Source: an uncultured archaeon
GTDB taxonomy: Archaea; Asgardarchaeota; Lokiarchaeia; Sigyniarchaeales; SOKP01
Assembly: GCA_964388035.1 (NCBI GenBank)
Contig: CAYLZE010000068.1
Location: 1 to 13,015 of the forward strand
Direction of reading: 5' to 3'
DNA: 13,015 nt
In this document: positions 1-6,596 of the stretch, piece by piece
Layout: every line of letters begins with the position of its first letter
How positions within the stretch are numbered: the first letter of the stretch is position 1
Made by a program: the position numbers and the translations under genes
The notes under the pieces: model-generated
Told to the model about the DNA's origin: nothing
The model's database searches: none
Seen by the model: only the letters and a program-made list of their open reading frames with translations

Positions 1-638
1 TAACTCTTTCCGAATTAAGTGTAATTGTCCAAGGGTTTGGAAATGTAGGTTCTGTAATTGCAGAAGAACTAAATAAAGAAGGATGTAAAGTCATTGCTGT
101 TTCAGATTCCACAGCAGGTCTTTATTCTGAAAAGGGTTTAGACGTACCAGAATTAGTAAAATGGAAGGAAGGTGGAAATTCTTTTAAGGATTATTCTAAA
201 GAAGGCATTCAAGTCATGGGCCAAAGGGAAATATTGACCATGAAATGCGATATTTTAGTTCCATCAGCCTTGGAAAATCAAATTACATTGCGAAATGCTA
301 GTCAAATTGATTGCAAAATTATTTTGGAAGGTGCTAATGGTCCAACAACTCCAGAGGCAGATGAAGTTTTAGAAAGGAAAGGTATAATTATCGTTCCAGA
401 TATTTTGGCTAATAGTGGAGGTGTTTTAGTTTCTTATTTCGAATTTGTTCAAGATATAAATGCCTATTTTTGGGATTTAGATAGAATTAATAGTGAATTG
501 AGGCAAGTGCTTGTAAAGACTTTCAATGATGTATACGAAGTAGCTAAAGAAAAAAGCATTTCCTTACGACTGGCAGCTTATGTCTTGGCGGTATCCACAG
601 TAGCTGAGGCAATAGAATTAAGAGGGTTTTATCCCTAA
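1..638 (+). CDS. gdhA: Glutamate dehydrogenase (Glu/Leu/Phe/Val dehydrogenase family), 5'-truncated by window edge
   Basis: The frame is open from nt 3 (TLSELSVIVQGFGNVGSVIA..., Rossmann GxGxxG) into the tracked ORF, which carries EGANGPTT and PDILANSGGVLVSYFE. Stop TAA at 636-638. Confidence 0.95.
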   Translation, partial: TLSELSVIVQGFGNVGSVIAEELNKEGCKVIAVSDSTAGLYSEKGLDVPELVKWKEGGNSFKDYSKEGIQVMGQREILTMKCDILVPSALENQITLRNASQIDCKIILEGANGPTTPEADEVLERKGIIIVPDILANSGGVLVSYFEFVQDINAYFWDLDRINSELRQVLVKTFNDVYEVAKEKSISLRLAAYVLAVSTVAEAIELRGFYP

Positions 639-645
639 TATCCGT

Positions 646-700
646 CCTTTCCTTTTTTAACGTTCTGTTCTTTTTATTTTTCAATCTTAATTTTTTTTTA
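646..700 (+). terminator. Archaeal U-tract terminator of gdhA
   Basis: Several T runs (ccttttttaa, tctttttattttt, tttttttttt-like) directly follow the stop codon. Confidence 0.6.
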
Positions 701-746
701 GAAGTATTATATTATTTTTTTATTAGAGAATATTTTAATTTTCACG

Positions 747-901
747 TGGGGACAAGTAGGCGTTCTACTCCGAGCTTTTTAGGATACTTTGGATAATAAA
801 TCCCTTTAATATTTCCTTAATGTTAAATTTTAACGACAATAATTTCATCAAACGGTCTTTGTTTTAAAAATAATTCTGAAGGATTCAAGAACGTGCCCCC
901 A
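747..901. repeat. 155-bp intergenic element closed by imperfect inverted repeats (structured RNA or MITE-like)
   Basis: TGGGGACA (747-754) with TGCCCCCA (894-901), and CGTTCT (761-766) with AGAACG (888-893). The ends are GC-rich in AT-rich DNA. Confidence 0.45.
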
Positions 902-912
902 TCTTTAATATT

Positions 913-2211
913 TCAACCGGCAACGAGAGTAAGGAAAAATAAGTAAAGAATTGATGCCGCAATATGGATCACAGCAAAACTTGCCCCTATTTTTAACAAG
1001 CGCTTGTAATTAAGATTCTCGACGCCCGAATCTCGTGCAATTTTTAAAGTCATCATGTCGGCCGCGGCTCCTTGAGGAATGAGATTTCCCCCGAGATTAA
1101 TCCCAATGATGAATGCAAAAAATAAGGGTACTGGGGCAAAATGAAAATCCGTTATCAACGTTTCCACGATAGGGATGAATGCCAGCGCGGTTGGAGTGTT
1201 TGCCACTAATCCCGAAATGCCGCTCACTATCATCAAAATTAGAAAATATAATAGAAAGGGATTCATGTTTTCAAAGGGAATACTTTCAAAAATCTCTCGA
1301 AATCCCGCCTGTAAGAGACAACCAACTACCACGTACAGAGAAATGAAGAAAAATATGATTTCCCATTCCACGTCTTTTAAAATTTCTTTCATGGGTTTAT
1401 TCGTGAATTTTCGATTAACTAAGACTAAAATAAATGCTGAAATCGCGGCAGTTAAATATAATAAGGGTAAGATTGCAAATAATACGATGGTGACAATAAT
1501 GGCAATCGCATTAAAATAGAAATATTTCTTGTTTTTTATGATGACTTCCGCATCAACTAATTCCAATACTATTTTTCTCTGTTGAACTTCAATTAGGGGT
1601 TCCTTGCTCAATATAAATTGGTCTATTAAAAAAATCGTGAGAAATAATAAAGAAAAGGAAAATAACCAATAGTGTTGAATGAAATATAAGGTATTCAAAT
1701 TAAAAAACGTGGAAATAATGATATTTTCCCCGCTGGAAAACGGGGTAATGATGGATCCGATATTTATGCATATGGTCATTCCCAATAAGTAGGTACCAGC
1801 TCGTATTTTTAGAAAATGACAAAGACGAATAACTACCGGGGCTAAAATGAGCACTACCACCACATCAGTTATAATAGCTGCTAGAAGAGTGGTGATGATG
1901 CATAATAAGTAGAAAAAAACTCTTTGATCTCCCTTTGATATCTTGAAAAGCTTCACGGCTAAAAATTCCAAGATATTCGAGTCTTGGGCTACTTTTGTGA
2001 TGATGCTCATGCTGAGGATAATGATAATGGCTTCAAATTCAATGAACGAAATAATGGTTTGAAAGGTTATCCCCGTGACCAAAGCCGTAATTAAACCTGC
2101 GATGAAACACCCCAATAGGGAGATGGCCACAAAATCTACATTCTTAATGGAATAGCTAATGATTATGATAGCAAAGATAATGAAAATGACTATTAATAGG
2201 GGAACATCCAT
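913..2211 (-). CDS. Ion-transporter superfamily permease (ArsB/NhaD/SLC13/P-protein-like)
   Basis: 432-aa polytopic membrane protein with a two-repeat layout and motifs NIGSIITP, VEWEIIFFFISLYVVVG, SGLVANTP and NLGGNLIPQGAAA. Confidence 0.85.
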   Translation of the reverse strand: MDVPLLIVIFIIFAIIIISYSIKNVDFVAISLLGCFIAGLITALVTGITFQTIISFIEFEAIIIILSMSIITKVAQDSNILEFLAVKLFKISKGDQRVFFYLLCIITTLLAAIITDVVVVLILAPVVIRLCHFLKIRAGTYLLGMTICINIGSIITPFSSGENIIISTFFNLNTLYFIQHYWLFSFSLLFLTIFLIDQFILSKEPLIEVQQRKIVLELVDAEVIIKNKKYFYFNAIAIIVTIVLFAILPLLYLTAAISAFILVLVNRKFTNKPMKEILKDVEWEIIFFFISLYVVVGCLLQAGFREIFESIPFENMNPFLLYFLILMIVSGISGLVANTPTALAFIPIVETLITDFHFAPVPLFFAFIIGINLGGNLIPQGAAADMMTLKIARDSGVENLNYKRLLKIGASFAVIHIAASILYLFFLTLVAG

Positions 2212-2334
2212 TTTTATACGAGCTCAAAAAGTTGCACTTAATTATGGTAATAAAGAACTTCTAATAAAGATGATTATTGAACCGATACTTAAACCAGTGC
2301 GAGGAACATTCAAAACAAATAAATGACGTGCAAA

Positions 2335-3180
2335 TCACATGAGCAAAAATAAGCGCAAGAAGAATTCTGCCAGATTTAACTCATTTAAGATCTTGAAATT
2401 ACTGGCTATATAATCAAAAATATTTTCTTCCATGAAAAAAGAGATGCTATCTCTTGGACCGATATTTCCTTTAATAATATCTACGACAACTTTCATTATA
2501 GTGATGATCTGCTTCTCCACAACCATCATATCGCAATTATTAGGATTTATACTGATAATATTAAACCCAGTTGTTTGATTAAATGAAATCTTACTCAATT
2601 CGGGGTCGTTCTTGACGTATTGATGGTTTTTATAATTTGTAAACATGGTTCTCAGTTGCGTGAATATAGTTCCTTTTTGCTTTTCGGATACATGCCCATC
2701 AATCACGTTCATGAGGAGATTCAAGATCTGCTGGAACACGCCCAAGATATCAAAAAATTCGGCAATCGTGGTAACATCTTCCGCTTGTTTCCATTGGGTA
2801 TAATATTCTTCAATAGTTTTTTTAAACTCCCGATATCCCTCCACGTTTCCATTCCATTTATTGTGCCATTCCTTGGCATCCTTCACGTATTGATGTAGAA
2901 AAGACTGTTTTATAACATTTAATCTCGCTTTTAACATTGCAGAAGTAACGTCCTTGGTATCTGCAGCAATAAATAGTAATTTGGATTCTTTATCTTCCAG
3001 ATATACCCATCGAAGACCTGCCATTTCGATACTTTCTAATCCTTGCTTGAATTCAGCCACCGTAAATTGATTTAATGCCGCTAAAAGCCCAGATACCAGA
3101 TCTTCATCCACTGGAAAACCCATGAAGGACTGATATAAGAGGGTAATACCCGATTCTGAGTGCATGACCCAAATATTCAA
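2335..3180 (-). CDS. Protein with N-terminal longin-like domain (Asgard eukaryotic-signature type) and helical C-terminal region
   Basis: The N-terminal ~135 aa follow the beta-beta-alpha-beta-beta-beta-alpha pattern (NIWVMHSESGITLLYQSF; DEDLVSGLLAALNQF; LESIEM; WVYLE; LLFIAA; LKARLNVIKQSF). TTG start with SD-like AGGTG at 3186-3190. Confidence 0.75.
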   Translation of the reverse strand: MNIWVMHSESGITLLYQSFMGFPVDEDLVSGLLAALNQFTVAEFKQGLESIEMAGLRWVYLEDKESKLLFIAADTKDVTSAMLKARLNVIKQSFLHQYVKDAKEWHNKWNGNVEGYREFKKTIEEYYTQWKQAEDVTTIAEFFDILGVFQQILNLLMNVIDGHVSEKQKGTIFTQLRTMFTNYKNHQYVKNDPELSKISFNQTTGFNIISINPNNCDMMVVEKQIITIMKVVVDIIKGNIGPRDSISFFMEENIFDYIASNFKILNELNLAEFFLRLFLLM

Positions 3181-3244
3181 TATTGCACCTTTATTTTCAA
3201 ATTAATATGAGTTATTTTTGATTTAATATATAATAAAATTAAGA

Positions 3245-3261
3245 CTATAAAAGCTCTTTTA
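3245..3261. repeat. 17-bp direct repeat, copy 1 (CTATAAAAGCTCTTTTA)
   Basis: Identical to 3617-3633, the last codons and stop of the 160-aa gene. The match extends to 23 bp with 2 mismatches. Confidence 0.9.
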
Positions 3262-3616
3262 GATCATTTAATTTTTTCCATTAATAGTATTCTAACACAA
3301 TTCTATCTTGAATGATTAGTATCAGCTAGTAGAATTCCTCGATCCTATCAACAAAACTTCTAGGGCTCGTTTGCTGAGCGGGATCATATACCACGGCGGG
3401 GACGCCCGTTAATGATTGCGTGTAAACCATCATGGAACGTGCTGCTTCTATATAGAATTCATATCCTCTAATTCCACCTCGATAACATCATTTTCTATCT
3501 TGAGATCATTATAAGTACTTTGGATATAACCAGCTGATGCTGAAAATCCTATCCCCTTGGCACACAATAATTTCACGTAAACGAAGTCGAAATGTTTATC
3601 TTTCTCGCATTTACAC
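3262..3616 (-). pseudogene. Decayed gene or inserted remnant between the 17-bp repeats
   Basis: SD-like AGGTG then ATG at 3610 gives only MRER*. Neighbouring frames carry ~50-codon open stretches broken by stops. No intact ORF. Confidence 0.35.
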
Positions 3617-3633
3617 CTATAAAAGCTCTTTTA
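3617..3633. repeat. 17-bp direct repeat, copy 2 (3' end of SRPBCC-like gene)
   Basis: CTATAAAAGCTCTTTTA, identical to 3245-3261. Confidence 0.9.
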
Positions 3634-4099
3634 AATCGTGATCTTTACAAAATTTTTCTAAATTTCGTAATAAATCATTTAATTTTGTTCTCAAGATCAT
3701 TTCCGAGGCACTTTTCCCCACTGAATTAAGAAATCCACTGTTTAAATTAAAATTATGAACAAAAACTCCAATTTTAGTCTTCTTTTCCGATAATGATTTA
3801 ACCCTTATATTTCCCTCTAAATCTTTTACTTCCTTATTATTTCTGACATTGAATTCTATTAATCTTCCCTTTTCTTGGTCCTCTCCCTTATCCACCATGA
3901 CTAATTCCCCTTCCATTTCAATCGGGAAATTAACGACATTCACCTCATCAAGAATTTTGCTATGAAATACGTTAGGAGCAATAAACTCCACGTGGATTTC
4001 TTTCACGGGACTGAGTCGTTCCCACATTTTTTCTTTAAAAAGAGCCTGGAGGAATTCATTCTTGTTCAAATTATTTATTTCTAAGACTTTCGAAATCAT
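3617..4099 (-). CDS. SRPBCC/START-fold (CoxG-like) protein
   Basis: 160 aa: strand, short helices (EFLQALF..MWERLSP), a run of beta strands, then GFLNSVGKSASE and a long C-terminal amphipathic helix, as in helix-grip folds. SD-like AGGTA at 4109-4113. Confidence 0.6.
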   Translation of the reverse strand: MISKVLEINNLNKNEFLQALFKEKMWERLSPVKEIHVEFIAPNVFHSKILDEVNVVNFPIEMEGELVMVDKGEDQEKGRLIEFNVRNNKEVKDLEGNIRVKSLSEKKTKIGVFVHNFNLNSGFLNSVGKSASEMILRTKLNDLLRNLEKFCKDHDLKELL

Positions 4100-4215
4100 T
4101 TTTCTTTTTACCTATTAAAGTACACGTATTATCTTGGTTTAAAAAAATTAATAATGGATATAATTTGAAGTTTATTTCCTAACTATATTTCATGAGTCAG
4201 TATTTCTGTTAAAAT

Positions 4216-4275
4216 GCCTCAGACTTCCTCAATAATTAAATCATCTTTATTCATGGGTATGATTTCATCATTGGC
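4216..4275 (-). ncRNA. Box C/D sRNA (2'-O-methylation guide) candidate
   Basis: Minus strand, 60 nt: GCC-A-[AUGAUGA, box C]-AAUCAUACCC-[AUGA, D']-AUAA-[AGAUGA, C']-UUUAAUUAUUGAGGAAGU-[CUGA, D]-GGC. Consensus C and D boxes with a GCC/GGC closing stem in K-turn register. Confidence 0.7.
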
Positions 4276-4330
4276 TACAAAACTATAAAATATTTGATAA
4301 AAGATGAATCTAATGATTAACCTTTTGGTA

Positions 4331-4543
4331 TTATACTTCTCGAATTAATTTGGTTCCCTCCAGGTCATTAAGATTCTTACATTTGGGGCATTCCCATTTG
4401 TTATCCGCGGTTTTCACGGTATTTATGCAATTGGAGCACACTGCTGTGTCGCAAATGCAATAATATAAGCTTTCTAAGGAATTTTCGAAATTTTTATGGC
4501 AGATATAGCAAGTTGGGGGCCTTCCTTTACTCTTTTTACTCAT
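4331..4543 (-). CDS. Stand-alone C4C4 RING-type zinc finger protein
   Basis: C-x2-C-x13-C-x-C-x4-C-x2-C-x12-C-x2-C, ending in CPKCK; 70 aa. Confidence 0.8.
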   Translation of the reverse strand: MSKKSKGRPPTCYICHKNFENSLESLYYCICDTAVCSNCINTVKTADNKWECPKCKNLNDLEGTKLIREV

Positions 4544-4622
4544 CTTTCGTACTTAAAGTTCTTAATTTAAAAAAGATAGATTACGTATTATTTAGTTTAA
4601 TATTATTTATAATTTTTCCAAC

Positions 4623-4636
4623 TTTTATATATATAA
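4623..4636 (+). promoter_or_regulatory. TATA box for the small membrane protein gene
   Basis: TTTTATATATATAA lies about 30-40 bp upstream of ATG 4666. Confidence 0.45.
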
Positions 4637-4665
4637 TGCAGATCAGCAAAAATGTCAGTAAAAAC

Positions 4666-4857
4666 ATGCGACTCTTATATCTCTTGACCATTTTTTTTAT
4701 TTATAGAATTGTTATAGCTTTAATTGAGGGAAGAACCACAGAAGGCATGGCATGGACCCTTTTTCTTCTGGTGTATCTGGTTTCTATCACGATTCTTTAT
4801 TTTGTCGTTAAAAGATGGGAAAAGGAAGGCACTCCGCAAGTATCTTCCCGAAATTAA
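4666..4857 (+). CDS. Small two-TM membrane protein (63 aa; alternative ATG at 4636)
   Basis: MRLLYLLTIFFIYRIVIALIEG...AWTLFLLVYLVSITILYFVVKRWEKE. The tracked start at 4513 overlaps the RING gene and promoter DNA, so a downstream start is preferred. Confidence 0.6.
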   Translation: MRLLYLLTIFFIYRIVIALIEGRTTEGMAWTLFLLVYLVSITILYFVVKRWEKEGTPQVSSRN

Positions 4858-4900
4858 GTCTTCTTTATTCATATTGAGATTTTATTGAGATTATTTCATA

Positions 4901-6400
4901 TCATGATGCGGGATTTTTAGGGATCAAGAGGACGAAGTTGCTTCCTTTAGCAGAATCTTCATTAACTCTATTTTCCACCCATATTTTACCTTTATAAAAA
5001 TCAATTATTTTATACACTAAAGAAAGACCTAAGCCCATTCCCTTTTCACCTTTAAGTTTTTGATACCCCTTCAGAAATATTTTTTCTTTTAATTCATCAG
5101 AGATTCCAATTCCATTATCAATGAATTCCATTTTAATCAGATCTGAATTAAATTCGGAAATATTAATGATGACTTGGGGAATATCGGAATCATTATACTT
5201 GATAGCATTAGTTAAAATATTCTGAATAACATCAATTAAGAATTCATTTGCCCTAACTTCGATATTTTCTTTAAAAGAATGTACTTGAATATTTAGCTCT
5301 TTTCCTTGAAAACTTTGCCGAACAAATTGTATGGCTTGGTCTAAGTACTCTAAAAGATTTATTCTACTGAGTGCAATCATCTCGTTTTCTAAAGAAAATA
5401 ACTTTTTAATATTGGAAACCAATATTTTAGCTGCATTAATTTGATTTCTAATAATTTCATGTAGCTCATCAAGTTTCTCGAGGGAGAGTTCCTTTCCCTC
5501 TTTACGCAATTGGCCGTGAAGTTCAATAGAGAAAGATATATTCTGTATGATATTACTCATGTCATGAAGAAGCAAGTCCCTATAAAAATTAGCCCGATCG
5601 TGTGCTTCAAAATATCTTTCTTCAGATTTTTTTAAATCCTCTAGTAATTTTTGCCTGGGGGGCATTATTATATATCGAACATCAAACGGCTTTTTCATGT
5701 ATTGTTTAACATCTTCTCTGAAAAGTATGAGAAAAAGCAGTAGAAAGGGGGTATATCCTAGCCCCAGAATGAATTTTCCTAAAAAACCCCCCGTTATCGC
5801 GGATCCTAAGTCGGGTTCAAGAAGTTTCAGAACAAAGGGAAAAATAAATCCATCAAAACATAAGATGCCAATATACACCACCACATAAACGGGAATTAAA
5901 AGTGCGAAAATTAAGTTAAAATTCTCCACTATTTTAAAAATGGAAAACATGAGAATTAATTCTATCACATACGCCGATAAACTCATTAAATTTACGGAAA
6001 TAGTTGTCCTGAAAATCACGGGGGTAATTTGAAAGATATTTAAGATGCTCGAGTTATCTAATATGGAATAAAGGAGAAAATAGAGAAAAAACAAGAATAC
6101 ATTGAGCAAAACCCCGATTAAAATTGAGTTTCTTACGACGGCGGGATTGTTACTCAAAATAGCAACAATAAAAACCAAGAGGATCAAGGAGCAATAGGAA
6201 ATATTTCCTCCTGTAATAATAAGATTCTCAGAAAAAATTATGCTGTAAAAAATGGCATATAATTGAGTGAAAACAAACAAGAATCCAAAATACGTATAAA
6301 AAATCGCCATGGAGTTAAATTTCTGGATGTGCTTGGCGATTAAAAGTGGAGGAATTCCATAGATCAAAAGATGAGTGAAAAGGATTAAAAAGGGATACAT
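4901..6400 (-). CDS. Membrane sensor histidine kinase with VUT/YhhQ-like N-terminal membrane domain
   Basis: H box LLLHDMSN, N box NILTNAIKY, G1 DNGIGI, F box KIF, G2 GMGLGL. The first ~230 aa contain about 7 TM helices. Confidence 0.9.
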   Translation of the reverse strand: MYPFLILFTHLLIYGIPPLLIAKHIQKFNSMAIFYTYFGFLFVFTQLYAIFYSIIFSENLIITGGNISYCSLILLVFIVAILSNNPAVVRNSILIGVLLNVFLFFLYFLLYSILDNSSILNIFQITPVIFRTTISVNLMSLSAYVIELILMFSIFKIVENFNLIFALLIPVYVVVYIGILCFDGFIFPFVLKLLEPDLGSAITGGFLGKFILGLGYTPFLLLFLILFREDVKQYMKKPFDVRYIIMPPRQKLLEDLKKSEERYFEAHDRANFYRDLLLHDMSNIIQNISFSIELHGQLRKEGKELSLEKLDELHEIIRNQINAAKILVSNIKKLFSLENEMIALSRINLLEYLDQAIQFVRQSFQGKELNIQVHSFKENIEVRANEFLIDVIQNILTNAIKYNDSDIPQVIINISEFNSDLIKMEFIDNGIGISDELKEKIFLKGYQKLKGEKGMGLGLSLVYKIIDFYKGKIWVENRVNEDSAKGSNFVLLIPKNPAS

Positions 6401-6596
6401 GGGCTTTCCTTACCGAACTAATAATTTTTAATTACATGTCCTATTTCTGTATAATATGGTTATAAATTTTTATATGACCTATAAATGCACATAAAGGAAT
6501 TTATATTTATTTATCGATTCTAAAAAAGTCAGGAGTAATTCTTTAAAAGGACTTAAGGATTCTTAATCTCCCGCTTATATTGAGATAATAAAAAGC

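Noticed and set aside
747-901. tRNA with intron, or 5S rRNA
   Set aside because: There is an acceptor-like stem, but no T-loop (GTTCRA) or D-arm, and the interior is too AT-rich.
823-915. UGA read-through of the permease (about 29 open codons after the stop)
   Set aside because: No Cys/redox context and no convincing SECIS. A similar open stretch follows the longin gene's UGA, so such runs arise by chance.
1175-1519. + strand 114-aa ORF
   Set aside because: Antisense shadow of the permease.
2620-2898. + strand 92-aa ORF
   Set aside because: Antisense to the longin-like gene; no recognisable motifs.
3262-3616. SRP RNA, RNase P RNA, or DGR template repeat
   Set aside because: GGCGUCCCC and GAGGAA words occur, but the SRP helix-8 and RNase P conserved regions are missing. 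The repeat is too short for a DGR and no reverse transcriptase is present.
4130-4290. Minus-strand broken frame with UGA and a HisKA-like word (LTHEI*LGNKLQII)
   Set aside because: It contains TAG as well as TGA, and the region is better explained by the C/D sRNA.
4513-4635. 5' extension of the 114-aa ORF
   Set aside because: Overlaps the RING gene start and AT-rich promoter DNA.
4872-4892. Tandem TATTGAGATT x2
   Set aside because: Only two short AT-rich copies in a convergent spacer; not CRISPR-like.
5697-5888. + strand 63-aa ORF
   Set aside because: Antisense to the kinase gene.
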